A stretch of DNA of 64,000 nucleotides from Meiothermus sp. (GTDB taxonomy: Bacteria; Deinococcota; Deinococci; Deinococcales; Thermaceae): NCBI GenBank assembly GCA_033762915.1, contig JANRLD010000071.1, forward strand, positions 1 through 64,000. Reading direction: 5' to 3'. The notes under the pieces were generated by a model. That model was given only the letters and a program-made list of their open reading frames with translations, did no database searches and was not told the origin of the DNA. Shown in pieces: positions 37,685 through 48,742 of this stretch. How positions within the stretch are numbered: the first letter of the stretch is position 1; each line of letters begins with the position of its first letter. A program made the translations under genes and the position numbers.

Positions 37685-39217
37685 ATGCCTACCACCCTCA
37701 GGCGAAGAGCGGCCCACGGTATTGCGCTGGTGGCCCTGAGCTTGCTGCTGGCGTCTTGCGGCTCGAGTACCCAGGGCGGGGCCTCCCGCGAGGCGCTGCG
37801 CTTCAATCCCACCCTACCGCCCGCCTATATTGACGACCGCTACGAATACGCTCTGGTGGCCGACGGCGGCCAGCGACCCTACCGATTCACCTTGAACGGG
37901 ACACTTCCCAAAGGCCTAACCTACGGTGGGGGTCGCATTTCGGGAACTCCGACGGAGAAAGGATCTTTCGAGCTGAACGCCACTGTGGAGGACGGCAACC
38001 TGAGCAGCCGGGCTGTCAAGCTGACCCTAACTGTCAGCGACACCCCGCCCCCGCAATTCGACCAGTTCGTGCCCACGGCTGAGCAGGACAGCCCTTTCGT
38101 CTACGGCGTGCGAATCCGCGCCAGGGAAAGCAGGGGATTTCAGATGCAGGTGCCCCTGACCGACTTGCGCCCAACCCTCGACACCCTTAAGGCCGCCGAC
38201 GGCGTGCTGTACGTGGTGCGCTACAGCGAGGAGCGCAACGTGATGGACGTTGATGTGGCCTTCACCCAACCCCGCACCAACTTCGAGGCCCTTCGCCTCT
38301 CTATCGCCCCGCTACCCGACAAAAAAGTACGCTTTGCCTCTACCAATGTATTGATGGCCCTCTACGACAAGAACGGCAAGCTAGTGGCCAACTTCCGACC
38401 CATGGAGCGTCAAACCACCCAGGGCCGCTTCAAGTACGAAGACCTGCAGGCCCTGGCCCGGAACTGGGGCAGAGGGGTTGCGTCCCAGTCTCCTGCCGGT
38501 CAGTCCGAACCTCCCGCACAAGCGCCTACAAACCAGTCCAGCCCCGCGCAACCAACTCCTCCCGCCACACCAGAGGGTCAGGGCACTCCCCCGGCGACAG
38601 CAAATCCGGCTACTCCGGCTTCACCTGAACCAGCCAATTCGGCGGCACCGGCCGGACCGAGCGAGCAGGGACAACCCACTCCACCTGCACTGGGACAACC
38701 CACTCCACCTGCTCAAGGTCAGCCCGAACAACCTGCTCAAGGTCAGCCAAACCAACCTGCACAGGGACAGCCTTCACCGCCTGCACAGGGACAGCCGACC
38801 CAACCTGCACAGGCACAACCCGTTCAACCCGAACAAGCACAACCTGCCTCGCCATCCCAGACTCCGTCTACTACCGCTCCAGCTCAGCCGCCGCAAGGTC
38901 AGCCGGCCGCCGCGACCCAGAACCAGGCGACCAACCCGGCTACCCAAGCTCAGCCCGCCCAGTCCCCAGCGGGGGACAGACTGGAGGGTGACCTCACCGG
39001 CGACGGCAAGGTAGATCAGCAAGACCTCGAGGCCCTCCGTGCCTCTTATGCCTGGGCCAACGTGGGTAACCCCACCCCCCGCCCTAATCCGACCCAAAAC
39101 CAGTCCAACCCCAACCCCCAGACCCCACAAAACCAGCAAAACCAGAACCCGCCCGGGGGAACTGGCACTCCCAACAACTCGAACGACCCTGACCCACCCG
39201 AGGAAAACCGGCCCTAG
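37685..39217 (+). CDS. Lipoprotein: Ig-like (He_PIG-type) domain, beta-sandwich, P/Q-rich linker and dockerin-like motif
   Basis: Lipobox LASC; GG.RPY.F...G.LP.GL....G.ISGTP..KG Ig signature; GDLTGDGKVDQQDL EF-hand/dockerin-type loop. Confidence 0.8.
   Translation: MPTTLRRRAAHGIALVALSLLLASCGSSTQGGASREALRFNPTLPPAYIDDRYEYALVADGGQRPYRFTLNGTLPKGLTYGGGRISGTPTEKGSFELNATVEDGNLSSRAVKLTLTVSDTPPPQFDQFVPTAEQDSPFVYGVRIRARESRGFQMQVPLTDLRPTLDTLKAADGVLYVVRYSEERNVMDVDVAFTQPRTNFEALRLSIAPLPDKKVRFASTNVLMALYDKNGKLVANFRPMERQTTQGRFKYEDLQALARNWGRGVASQSPAGQSEPPAQAPTNQSSPAQPTPPATPEGQGTPPATANPATPASPEPANSAAPAGPSEQGQPTPPALGQPTPPAQGQPEQPAQGQPNQPAQGQPSPPAQGQPTQPAQAQPVQPEQAQPASPSQTPSTTAPAQPPQGQPAAATQNQATNPATQAQPAQSPAGDRLEGDLTGDGKVDQQDLEALRASYAWANVGNPTPRPNPTQNQSNPNPQTPQNQQNQNPPGGTGTPNNSNDPDPPEENRP
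38666..38857 (+). repeat. Intragenic 24-bp tandem repeat (8 degenerate copies, QGQPxxPA)
   Basis: Units such as cagggacaacccactccacctgca and caaggtcagcccgaacaacctgct repeat in frame. Confidence 0.85.
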
Positions 39218-39390
39218 CCAGGGCCGTGGAGTCGAACATACTGTTTGCGTTTTACCCTATTTCGCACTCCTCAAGCTCCAAAGGTACTCGGCACGGCAAA
39301 CAAGGCCATGCCGGGTTAATGTGTAAAAATCAAAAACCCCGACTTTCCTGAATTTTTTTGGGCTTGGAGCGCCCTACGGTTGCGCTACAT

Positions 39391-40227
39391 CTACACAGCC
39401 CGAGACAAGTCTCCCTGCCACCGTGATTTGAGCAGAGTGACCTGGGTTTGGGCCAGAGGGCGGCGGTTGTCGGTCTCGGGGAGGGCCCGATGAGCGGCCT
39501 CCCAAACCTCGAGGTCGGAGTTTAGACGCTCGGCCAGGTGCCAGATAAGGTCGGAGTTGCCCGAGCGGAGCACCGCCCGGCGCAAGCTCTCCTCCAGCAG
39601 GATGCGGGTCTCGAGAACCTCTGGGGCCTCGGAACGAGGCAGAAGCGGTCCACGATAGAGCTGCAGGGCACCTGCCAAGTCGCCCTCGCGAAGGCACATT
39701 AGCACCTGCAAGAAGTCGGCTTTAATCTCTACACCCAGCCGGTAAGGGCGGCTATCCAGCGGAACCCAGTTGCGCAGGCGACACAGCTCGGTTTTGACCA
39801 CCGCAGGGTCGGAGTCCTCGCCCCAGACGGCCAGGGCCAGCTGCTCGCCGGTCAGTCCCTCAGGGTGCAGCGCCAGCACACACAGTAACTCAACGAAGCG
39901 CGGGCGCAGCTCGAGTTTGAATCCCCCGACCGTTACCAACGCGCCGCCCAACAGGCGCAGCTCGAGGGTTCCGCTGGGGTGGGCCTCGTCCAAGTCCGGC
40001 CAGTCACTGGCGCTCGAGGGGGCTTTTCGGGTGCGGAGGTAGCCGCGCAGCTCCTCGAGGTGCCGGTGGGCCTCCTGTATCAGGCCTTCGAGCTCAACCT
40101 CGTCACCCATGCGCCCAAGACCCGGGTGGTTGTGACGACCCAAACCCGAAACAATGCTCGAAATGGTCTGCTGTAATTGTGTCGCCGAGGCCAGCCACTG
40201 AGGTTCTTGTTCGCCGAGCAGTTTCAT
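39391..40227 (-). CDS. Putative transcriptional regulator (wHTH + BTAD-like C-terminus)
   Basis: LELRLLG, ELL.VLALHPEGL..EQL...VWG, SRPYRL and YRGPLLPRSEAP motifs, as in the C-terminus of GAF/HTH regulators. Confidence 0.75.
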   Translation of the reverse strand: MKLLGEQEPQWLASATQLQQTISSIVSGLGRHNHPGLGRMGDEVELEGLIQEAHRHLEELRGYLRTRKAPSSASDWPDLDEAHPSGTLELRLLGGALVTVGGFKLELRPRFVELLCVLALHPEGLTGEQLALAVWGEDSDPAVVKTELCRLRNWVPLDSRPYRLGVEIKADFLQVLMCLREGDLAGALQLYRGPLLPRSEAPEVLETRILLEESLRRAVLRSGNSDLIWHLAERLNSDLEVWEAAHRALPETDNRRPLAQTQVTLLKSRWQGDLSRAV

Positions 40228-40716
40228 GACCCTCCCTTGCAGGGTAAGTGGAGCACCGGTGACTTTGCCCAGTATGAAGCAGGAGTTCGAAGCGGGCCGA
40301 TATCAATGCTTACCCCGGGTGCTTCGAAGTTGTATCAGACCCGCCGTTACTGAGGCGTTATACGATCGGGTTGAACGACGTCCCCAAGCCTAGCACATCG
40401 CCCGCTTTTTGTGAAAGGTCTAACGTTGGGCTCAGCATTTTGTCATTGTCGGGTTAACCTCGAGGTGGGCTGGGTTAGCCTGGACATACCTCATGAACAC
40501 TGAACGATAGGTGTAGGAGTGCTCGGGCTGTTCTGCTGACGGCAGGAGACACCCACTGGCACGACCTTCCTACCACACGGGCCACACTACCTCGATTCGT
40601 CTGCGCCAGGGGGGTGAGTCGTGCGCTCGAGCCACCGCGCCGGGTGAATCTGGGACGCGAGGGCTTGGACTTGCAAAGGCGGAGGTTAAGGGTATGCTAT
40701 CGGGGTCTTTAATACC

Positions 40717-41094
40717 ATGTCGAGAGTCGAGAAAATAGCGCTGCTGGGGCTCTTTTTGGCCCTGTCTACTGGCTTTGCCCAGGCCGCCGCTTACCGACTA
40801 AAGGTAACCTCGTGGAGCTGTCAGACCTTCTCGAGGGGGGCCATCGTTCGTGGGGAGGTACACAACATCAGTTCCCGCCGCATAGGCGAGATACGGGTAC
40901 ACGCCAGGGTGGTGGGGGCGGGCCTGAGGGTTGCGGTAAACTCCGCCCCAATTCGGACGCGCTCGCTGGCGGCGGGTCAGCGCTCCACCTTCGAAGTGCA
41001 GGTGCGAACCAACTTCGAGCCCGGCCGCTGTACAGTTTGGTTCCGAAACCCCCGGGTCATTCAGATCGAGACCCTGGTGCCCCCGCCCCGCTGA
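40717..41094 (+). CDS. Secreted FxLYD-like small Ig-fold protein
   Basis: Signal peptide ending AQA; G.V.N.S..., L.AGQRSTFEV; two Cys. Confidence 0.7.
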   Translation: MSRVEKIALLGLFLALSTGFAQAAAYRLKVTSWSCQTFSRGAIVRGEVHNISSRRIGEIRVHARVVGAGLRVAVNSAPIRTRSLAAGQRSTFEVQVRTNFEPGRCTVWFRNPRVIQIETLVPPPR

Positions 41095-41198
41095 AATCTC
41101 GGTCAAGTAGAGGGCTTCAGAACCTTCTAATTTTGCCTCATGGGTTTTGCCTAAAGCTATAGATGTTCGCTTCGAATATCTTTGCCTGGAGGAAATGT

Positions 41199-41585
41199 AT
41201 GCGACCTAAGCTTGGAATTATCACCCTGCTGATCGGCCTCGGTCTTTTTTGCGGCACCGCCCTGGCCCAAACCTACAAGCTCTACGTGACCCAGTGGACC
41301 TGCTCGCGCGATGCTGCCGGGCGGATGATTGCGGTGGGGTTGGTGCGCAACCAGTCGGGCGGAATCCTTCGCGATGTGCGGGTAAACTTGCGGTTGGTGG
41401 ATCGGGCGGGCAACGTCTACGCCACCAATTCGGCCTTTATCTCTAACCGTCGCCTGGTCAACGGCTCGAGCACCCGCTTTAGCGTAACGGCCCGAACCTC
41501 GCGGACCGGCCTTCAGTGCCAAATCTGGTTCCGTAACCCCGAGGTGGTCCGCATTCCCACCTTGATAAATCGCCTCCCCCGCTAA
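41199..41585 (+). CDS. Secreted FxLYD-like protein (paralog of 40717-41094)
   Basis: SD GGAGG; signal peptide; GLVRNQSG...V.V...L.D..GN; shares W.C and C..WFRNP.V..I.TL with its neighbour. Confidence 0.72.
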   Translation: MRPKLGIITLLIGLGLFCGTALAQTYKLYVTQWTCSRDAAGRMIAVGLVRNQSGGILRDVRVNLRLVDRAGNVYATNSAFISNRRLVNGSSTRFSVTARTSRTGLQCQIWFRNPEVVRIPTLINRLPR

Positions 41586-41601
41586 ACCGTATACTTTTCC
41601 G

Positions 41602-42120
41602 GTGCTCAAGATTCTCGGCGGTAGCGCCAAGGGTGTAAACCTCAAGGTTCCCGACTCGGCCCGCCCAAGCCCAGTTCGGCTGCGCAAGGCGCTCTTCGAC
41701 TACCTTCGCTTCAGGTACCCCCGGCGAGGTACCTTTCTGGACATGTATGCGGGCAGCGGTGCGGTGGGCCTCGAGGCGGCCTCGGAAGGCTTTGAGGTCA
41801 CGCTGGTTGAAAAGGACCGCCAAGCGATTGGATTTCTCAAGGAAAACGCCAGGAAGGCCAGGCTCGAGGTGCGCGTCGAAGGCGTGGCGGTGGAGAAATA
41901 CCTCCAGCAGGCCAGGGCCCAAAACCTCCGGTTCACTGTCGGGTTCATGGCCCCGCCCTACCCCCACGACCTGCTGCAAGACTTTGAGCGCCTGCTGCAA
42001 GCGGGTATCGTCGAGTCCGGCGGGCTGATGATCCTGCAACACCCCACCGAGCTCTCTCTTCCCGCCGGCGAGCGGCGTGAGTACGGCTTCAACACCGTGA
42101 CCATGATCGAGGTGGACTGA
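41602..42120 (+). CDS. rsmD: 16S rRNA m2G966 methyltransferase
   Basis: KILGG.AKG, FLDMYAGSGAVGLEAAS and PPY motifs; upstream of coaD. Confidence 0.9.
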   Translation: MLKILGGSAKGVNLKVPDSARPSPVRLRKALFDYLRFRYPRRGTFLDMYAGSGAVGLEAASEGFEVTLVEKDRQAIGFLKENARKARLEVRVEGVAVEKYLQQARAQNLRFTVGFMAPPYPHDLLQDFERLLQAGIVESGGLMILQHPTELSLPAGERREYGFNTVTMIEVD

Positions 42121-42174
42121 GGAGCCCGGCCCTATGGTTGGGGGTTGCTGTCGCCGGAAGGCGGTGAGCTGTAA

Positions 42175-42684
<510 letters not shown>

Positions 42685-42844
42685 GTGTGCCCGAAATGCG
42701 CCGGCCCTTGATCTCAGCAATTCCTTGCGGTCTCGGCGCTATTTGCTGCCCCTACACCCCGCCGGGGGCAGGGAAACAAATCGAGGCCGCCAAGACCTTC
42801 CTTCACGATAACAGCCGGTGAGTCCGCTCACGGCAGGAGGAGCC

Positions 42845-43432
42845 ATGTCCAACCCCTCACACCCCAGCCCCGAGCAAATCCCGTTGGTGGATGCCGCCTT
42901 GCAGGTCATCGCGCGGCGCGGCCCACAGCACCTCACCTTCGGCGAGGTGGCCGAAGAGGCGGGCGTCCGCGACGAAGATGTGCGCCGGCTTTTCGGCGAC
43001 GAGCAGACCCTACTGATCGAGGCACTCTACCTTAGCGGTCGGCGCAGCCTCGAGCGCATGCGGCAGCCCCACGACCCCCAGGACAGCGCAACCCTGGACG
43101 CGCTGCGCAACATCCTAAACTCGCCGCATAACCAGTCCCAGGACTACGTGTGGGTGGTGTTCTGGGCCGGCGCTCTGGGGTCCGATGCGCTAAAGGCCAC
43201 GCTTTCTGAAGTTAATCAGTGGCACCGCGAGGCCTGGCGCGACCTGCTCGAGCGCGATACCAAGCGCGGCATGCTGCGCCGTGACCTCGACCTGAACCTC
43301 GAGACCGACCGACTAATGCTTTTGATCGACGGACTGGCCCTCCGGAGCGCACTCGAGCTCCCGGCCTGGCCACCGGAGCGGCAGCTCGAGCTGTTGACGG
43401 AGTCGCTGGGCTTGTTGCAAGACCCTGTCTAG
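42845..43432 (+). CDS. TetR/BetI-family transcriptional regulator
   Basis: N-terminal HTH (AAL.VIARRG...LT...VAEEAGV) and BetI-type C-terminus (LIDGL); SD AGGAGG. Confidence 0.8.
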   Translation: MSNPSHPSPEQIPLVDAALQVIARRGPQHLTFGEVAEEAGVRDEDVRRLFGDEQTLLIEALYLSGRRSLERMRQPHDPQDSATLDALRNILNSPHNQSQDYVWVVFWAGALGSDALKATLSEVNQWHREAWRDLLERDTKRGMLRRDLDLNLETDRLMLLIDGLALRSALELPAWPPERQLELLTESLGLLQDPV

Positions 43433-43551
43433 GGACGCACAGCGCCTCGAGGGCCTCAAAGACCAAACTCTTCGCAAAAAACCAAGGGGCCGACAAAGGC
43501 GTGCCCTGAGAGCATTCTGGTTGAACCCCGCAGCAAGACGACAAGGACACC

Positions 43552-46500
43552 ATGCCAAATCCCGAGACCGTCACCCCGCAAATTGCCGAGCGTCTACTTC
43601 GTGAAACCTACGGGATCGAAGGTAGGGTCCAGCGACTCGCGGGCGAGTATGACCTGAACTTCGAGGTTTCGACCGCAAGTGAGCGCTTCCTCTTAAAGAT
43701 CGCCCGTGCCGACGCCAGCCTGGAAGAACTCGAGTTTCAGAACTCGGTCCTGCTGCACGTGGAGCGCGGCCTGCAAGGTGACCAGGTGCCCGTGCAGCGG
43801 GTTATCCCGAACCTCACGGGCGGGCACATCTCCGTGCTAGAGGTCGAGGGTCTTCGGCGATTTGCTCGAGTTCTCAGTTTCCTAGAGGGCCGCACCCTGG
43901 CTAACGTCTCGCCGCACACGCCGGAACTGCTAGAAAGTATGGGGGCGGCGGTTGCGCGGGTGGACCTGGCCCTAGAGGGCTTCCAACACCCGCTGGCGGG
44001 GCGGGAGTTTAAGTGGAACCTGGCCCAGGCCGACGGAATCATGCCCAAGCTTGAGTACCTCACCGACCCCAAGCAGCGGGGAATTGCCACCAAGCACCTC
44101 GAGCGCTTCCGCGCGCTAAAGCCAAGTCTGACTGAATTGCCGCACGGGGTGATCCATGGCGACGCCAACGACCACAATGTGGTGGTTGCGGGCCAGGGCT
44201 ACGGGGCTAGGGTTGTCGGCCTAATCGACTTCGGGGACGCGATGCTCTGCCCTTTGGTGGGTGGGCTGGCCATTGCATTGGCCTACGCGATGCTGGACAA
44301 GCCCGATCCGATGGCCTCGGCGGCGCACGTGGTTCGGGGTTACCACGCGGTGCGGCCCTTAAGCCCACTCGAGCTTTCCGTGCTCTACCAGCTCGCCCTG
44401 GCCCGGCTCGCGGTGAGCGTGACCAACAGCGGTTACGAAAAGCGCTTGCGCCCCGACGATCCCTACATCGTGGTCTCGGAGGCCCCGGCCTGGGCGCTCC
44501 TGGAATACCTCGAGACCGTTCACCCTAACTTCGCCCACTATCTGTTCAGGAATGCCTGCGGCCTCGAGCCGGTACCTCAGAGCGCCCGAGTCCGCGACTG
44601 GCTGGCGTCCAACTCTCGGGAGATCGGGCCGGTGATGGAGCCCGACCTTAAGGCTGGGCCGCTCCACGTCTTCGACTTGAGCGTGGGCAGCCTCGAGCTT
44701 GGGCTGCCCGAGGACGCCGACAGCACCGAAAAGTTCACCCAGTTGCTGTGGCGACGGCTAGAGGAAGCCGGCGTCGAGGTTGGTATTGGGCGCTACTGCG
44801 AACCCCGGCTGATCTACGCCTCAGAGGACTTCAAAACTCAGGGCGAGAACTGCCCCGAATACCGCACCCTCCACATCGGGCTCGACGTCTTTCTTCCTGC
44901 GGGTGCGCCGGTCTTCGCGCCACTACCGGCCACCGTGCACAGCCTCGCCTATAACGCTGCCCGTCTCGACTATGGCGGGTGTATCGTCCTTGAGCACACC
45001 GTACACGACGGCGAGCCCCTGACCTTTTACACCCTCTATGGGCACCTGGCCAGGCGGAGTCTCGAGCACCTTTCCGTCGGCCAGAAGGTCGAGCGGGGCC
45101 AGACCATCGCCTGGCTCGGCGACCCAGCCGAGAACGGCGACTGGCCGCCGCACCTGCATCTGCAAATCGTCACCGATCTGCTGGGATTCGAGGGCACTTA
45201 TCCGGGGGTGGCGCGACCGGGCGACGCCAGGGTTTGGCAAAGCCTTTCGCCCGACCCCAACCTCATCACCCAGATTTCCGCCGAGCGGTTTCCGGCAGAG
45301 GGCATGAGCGGCGCAGAAGTCCTGAGGGAGCGCCGGGAGCGCATTGGCAAGAACCTCTCGATCTCGTACCGCCGTCCGATCAGCATGTCCAGAGGGCACC
45401 GCCAGTACCTTTACGACACCTCCGCCCAGCGCTACCTGGACTGCTACAACAACGTCCCACACGTCGGTCACAACCACCCCAAGGTGGTGCGGGCGGCCCA
45501 GCGCCAGATGGCGGTACTCAACACCAACACCCGCTACCTGCACCAAAACCTGGTCCGCTACGCCGAACGTCTGACCGCCAGACTCCCCGCGCCACTGTCG
45601 GTCTGCTTCTTTGTATCCTCGGGCTCGGAGGCCACCGAGCTGGCGCTTCGTTTGGCCAGGGCCCACACCGGTCAGCGCGACCTGATTGTCAGCGACCACG
45701 CCTACCACGGCCACACCACTACCCTGATCGACATTTCGCCGTACAAGGCCGAAGGCCCGGGCGGTAAAGGCCTCCCGGAGTGGGTCCACAAGGCCCCGGT
45801 GCCCGACGACTACCAGGGCGAGTTCCGGCGCGGCGAGCCGGCCCTGGGAGAGCGCTACGCAGCACAGATCGACAACATTATCGAGAAGATTCATCAACTC
45901 GGACGCGGGCTGAGCGGCTTTATCATCGAATCCATTCCCAGTGTCGGCGGTCAGATCGTGCTTCCGGAGGGCTACCTACGGGGCGTATACCGGCGGGTGC
46001 GGGCTGCCGGTGGGGTTTGCATCGCCGACGAGGTGCAGACTGGCTTCGGCCGGATTGGCTCGAACTTCTGGGGTTTCGAGTCCCAGGGAGTGGTGCCGGA
46101 CATCGTCGCCATGGGCAAGCCAATTGGCAATGGGCACCCTATGGGGGCAGTGGTTACCACCCCCGAAATCGCGGCCTCTTTTGACAACGGCATGGAGTTC
46201 TTCGCGACCTTTGGGGGCAACCCGGTGTCGTGTGCGGTGGGGCTGGCAGTCCTCGAGGTCATCGAGACGGAGGGTTTGCAGCAGCATGCCCTCGAGCTCG
46301 GCGACTACTGGATGGACGGCCTGCGCGAGCTGCAAAATCGTCACCCGGTAATCGGCGACGTGCGCGGCTTGGGCTTGATGAATGGCCTTGAGCTGGTCCT
46401 CGACCGGAAGACTCGAGCCCCAGCACCCGACCAGGCCAGCTACGTGGTCAACCGTTTGCGCGACTGCGGCATTTTGACCGGTACCGACGGTCCGCACCAC

Positions 46501-46608
46501 AATGTCATCAAGCTCCGGGGTCCGATGGTACTAACCCGGGAAGATGTGGACGGGTTCTTGAACGTGCTGGACCGGGTGCTAGGGGAGGACGCAGCCAAAC
46601 CAGGATGA
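43552..46608 (+). CDS. Fusion: APH-family (hydroxylysine kinase-like) kinase + M23 peptidase-like domain + class III PLP aminotransferase/phospho-lyase
   Basis: IHGDANDHN and LIDFGD kinase motifs; HIGLD, LYGHL and PPHLH M23 motifs; [22 protein letters not shown] and [11 protein letters not shown] motifs. Confidence 0.9.
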   Translation: MPNPETVTPQIAERLLRETYGIEGRVQRLAGEYDLNFEVSTASERFLLKIARADASLEELEFQNSVLLHVERGLQGDQVPVQRVIPNLTGGHISVLEVEGLRRFARVLSFLEGRTLANVSPHTPELLESMGAAVARVDLALEGFQHPLAGREFKWNLAQADGIMPKLEYLTDPKQRGIATKHLERFRALKPSLTELPHGVIHGDANDHNVVVAGQGYGARVVGLIDFGDAMLCPLVGGLAIALAYAMLDKPDPMASAAHVVRGYHAVRPLSPLELSVLYQLALARLAVSVTNSGYEKRLRPDDPYIVVSEAPAWALLEYLETVHPNFAHYLFRNACGLEPVPQSARVRDWLASNSREIGPVMEPDLKAGPLHVFDLSVGSLELGLPEDADSTEKFTQLLWRRLEEAGVEVGIGRYCEPRLIYASEDFKTQGENCPEYRTLHIGLDVFLPAGAPVFAPLPATVHSLAYNAARLDYGGCIVLEHTVHDGEPLTFYTLYGHLARRSLEHLSVGQKVERGQTIAWLGDPAENGDWPPHLHLQIVTDLLGFEGTYPGVARPGDARVWQSLSPDPNLITQISAERFPAEGMSGAEVLRERRERIGKNLSISYRRPISMSRGHRQYLYDTSAQRYLDCYNNVPHVGHNHPKVVRAAQRQMAVLNTNTRYLHQNLVRYAERLTARLPAPLSVCFFVSSGSEATELALRLARAHTGQRDLIVSDHAYHGHTTTLIDISPYKAEGPGGKGLPEWVHKAPVPDDYQGEFRRGEPALGERYAAQIDNIIEKIHQLGRGLSGFIIESIPSVGGQIVLPEGYLRGVYRRVRAAGGVCIADEVQTGFGRIGSNFWGFESQGVVPDIVAMGKPIGNGHPMGAVVTTPEIAASFDNGMEFFATFGGNPVSCAVGLAVLEVIETEGLQQHALELGDYWMDGLRELQNRHPVIGDVRGLGLMNGLELVLDRKTRAPAPDQASYVVNRLRDCGILTGTDGPHHNVIKLRGPMVLTREDVDGFLNVLDRVLGEDAAKPG

Positions 46609-46997
46609 GGTTGGCGCGGCTGAAACCTCTACCCGCAGCCGACATTTCGAATCAAACTGACGTGCCAGGCTTTTTGTAACCGTTGCGTTAGCCGTCCAGC
46701 CCCTCCTGCCAATGCGCCTGACCGCAAAGAGGTCGGTACCTCACGCGTCCACTTCACCACGCTTGGGGATGCTTTGGATCTGTTTGGTCCTCGAGGGTTG
46801 AAGCGGAAGTTGCCGACGCCCAATTCCCTTGGGTAATCACGCCTGTCCATGTGGCGGCGTTCTCACGGCCTCGGTGGTTTCGTAGAGAATCTAAGTTGGA
46901 GGGCGGCGGCTGGGGTTGGGCTAAGGGGTAAGAATCGGTGTACCATATCCCGACGGTTTAAAGCTCTACTACCTCCCTAAAGGACACGACAGAGCCG

Positions 46998-47846
46998 CTA
47001 CATCAACCCGTATTCCGTGGTCTTTCCGCGCAGGAAGGTTAGCCCGTTGCGCACCAGCGCCTCGGGGTCGCCCACGACATCCCGCCACATGCACGTAGCC
47101 TTGGCGATGTCCGGGTTGATCGCCACGAAGGACTCCATCACCAAGTCGCCGTCGAAGCCAATTTCTTTTAGCCCGGCGAACACCTCATCCCAGTGAACAT
47201 TGCCTTTACCTGGGGTGCCCCGGTCGCTCTCGGAGAGGTGGATGTAGCCCAACTGCTTCCCGGTCTGTACGATAGGGTCCTTGAATCCCTGCTCCTCGAT
47301 GTTCATGTGGTAGGTGTCGAGGTGCACGAAAACGTTGGGCTCGCCGATGCGCTCGATTAAACTAACCCCCTGAGAGGCTAGATTCATCAGGTAGGTCTCG
47401 TAGCGGTTGACCGGCTCGAGGCCCAGCTTCATCCCCAGCCCCGCTGCGTGGCGGGCTACTGGGCGGAGGGCATCCGCGACGATCTCATAGTCCTGATCAG
47501 TCGGGGGCCGCCCGCTGAAGCCTCCCAGGCTGGCATAGGTCACCCCGGTTACGGTCTGGCTCCCGATCCGGTGCGCCGTGTCAAAAACCTCAATCAGAAA
47601 GCGGGTGGCTACCTCGGGGTGCTCGGGCAGACTGGCCTCCAGCGGCAGCCCCAGCGAGCAGGTCGCGGCCAGGCCGTACTTTTTCAGGAGTCCCTGGGTT
47701 AGCTCTACGTCAAACTCGGCGGGGCGTAGCAGGGGGACTTCCACGAAGTCGAGCCCTTGCGCGGCGGCGCTCGAGATCACCCGTTCGGCGGCTGCCGGGC
47801 TCCACTCGGCGGCCCAGATAAAGGCGTGTGCTCCAAATCTTGGCAT
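46998..47846 (-). CDS. Ketose 3-epimerase (D-psicose/D-tagatose/L-ribulose 3-epimerase family)
   Basis: Metal and catalytic motifs EPVNRYE, LDTYHMNIEE, HLSESDRG.PG.G and ESF. Confidence 0.85.
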   Translation of the reverse strand: MPRFGAHAFIWAAEWSPAAAERVISSAAAQGLDFVEVPLLRPAEFDVELTQGLLKKYGLAATCSLGLPLEASLPEHPEVATRFLIEVFDTAHRIGSQTVTGVTYASLGGFSGRPPTDQDYEIVADALRPVARHAAGLGMKLGLEPVNRYETYLMNLASQGVSLIERIGEPNVFVHLDTYHMNIEEQGFKDPIVQTGKQLGYIHLSESDRGTPGKGNVHWDEVFAGLKEIGFDGDLVMESFVAINPDIAKATCMWRDVVGDPEALVRNGLTFLRGKTTEYGLM

Positions 47847-47978
47847 TGTTCACCTCTGATGGGTCGAGAGCCGAGGATCTGTTGGCTCTCGTTAGTCTGA
47901 CTTTACCTTCGCAGAAAATCATACCGCCTCGAGCCCGGACTCAGCCCAGAGCACACCGGGTAGGGGTAGAAGGGCCGT

Positions 47979-48590
47979 CTACTTCGCCGCCCAGGCCAGC
48001 AGGTACTGGCCCAGGTAGTACAGCGGCAGCCCCAGCAAAGAGTTCCAACGGTCCTGCTGCACGAAGCGCCCTCGAGCCACGAACACGTCCGATAGGAAGA
48101 AGAGCAGCGCTCCCAGTCCGACCCGCCAGTCAGCAACCCCCAGGGCGCTCCAGAGCATCAGGCTGATCACCGCGCAGTAGGCCAGCACCGGCACCCGCCA
48201 GCCCCTCAGGCGAGGCCACAGCCAGACCAGGAAGGCGCTCGAAGCCAGCCCCACCACCCCCAGCAAGCCGGCTGGAAAGCTGCTCTGCGCGGAAAAAGCC
48301 ACCGTATAGACCACGTGGGCCAGCAAGAACGCCACCAGCCCACCCAGAAAGAACCCGTCCCGCCGCCCCAGCAACAGCACGTCGCCCAGGAACGACAACA
48401 CCAGTCCGATGAAGATCAGGTAGTCGAACGGGCGGTCTAGCCCCATTCCCCAGGCTAGTAGCAAAAAACCCAATGAGCAAAGGGTTTTGGCCACTGCCCG
48501 GACGGTGGTTTTACCGTTCTGATCGGCCCAGAGCAACACCAGTAGGCTCGAGGCCCCCAGCGCCAGTGCGGCCACCGTCAAAGGGTTCAA
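47979..48590 (-). CDS. YhhN/lysoplasmalogenase family membrane protein
   Basis: GL..S..GDV.L, FL.GL.AFLLAH..Y, GALLF..SD and YY.GQ motifs. Confidence 0.88.
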   Translation of the reverse strand: MNPLTVAALALGASSLLVLLWADQNGKTTVRAVAKTLCSLGFLLLAWGMGLDRPFDYLIFIGLVLSFLGDVLLLGRRDGFFLGGLVAFLLAHVVYTVAFSAQSSFPAGLLGVVGLASSAFLVWLWPRLRGWRVPVLAYCAVISLMLWSALGVADWRVGLGALLFFLSDVFVARGRFVQQDRWNSLLGLPLYYLGQYLLAWAAK

Positions 48591-48742
48591 CAGGCCTTCA
48601 TCCTACCCTCTCCAACACCAGGATGGATTGCCAAATCGGCATGAATTCCGTCGCTTGGACGACCTATCTCGAGCGTACCCGCCCCCTTTGGTGCACCTGC
48701 CACCCGCCAAACCCGGCGGTCAGTTGGTAAAGTAGTACCTGC

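Noticed and set aside
38666..38857. Regularly spaced 24-bp repeats as a possible CRISPR array
   Set aside because: The units are contiguous, degenerate and in frame within a CDS, with no unique spacers and no cas genes.
40228..40716. c-di-GMP or c-di-AMP riboswitch in the long spacer (GGGCAAAG, GGGTGAATC and CCGTCAGC fragments)
   Set aside because: The fragments are on different strands or in the wrong order and do not assemble into either consensus.
43480..43551. TPP riboswitch-like GGGG...CTGAGA upstream of the fusion enzyme
   Set aside because: The downstream ACCTGA...TAATxCCxGCG core is missing.
46629..46850. 73-aa ORF in the gap between the fusion enzyme and the epimerase
   Set aside because: No SD or -10 support and no recognisable motif.
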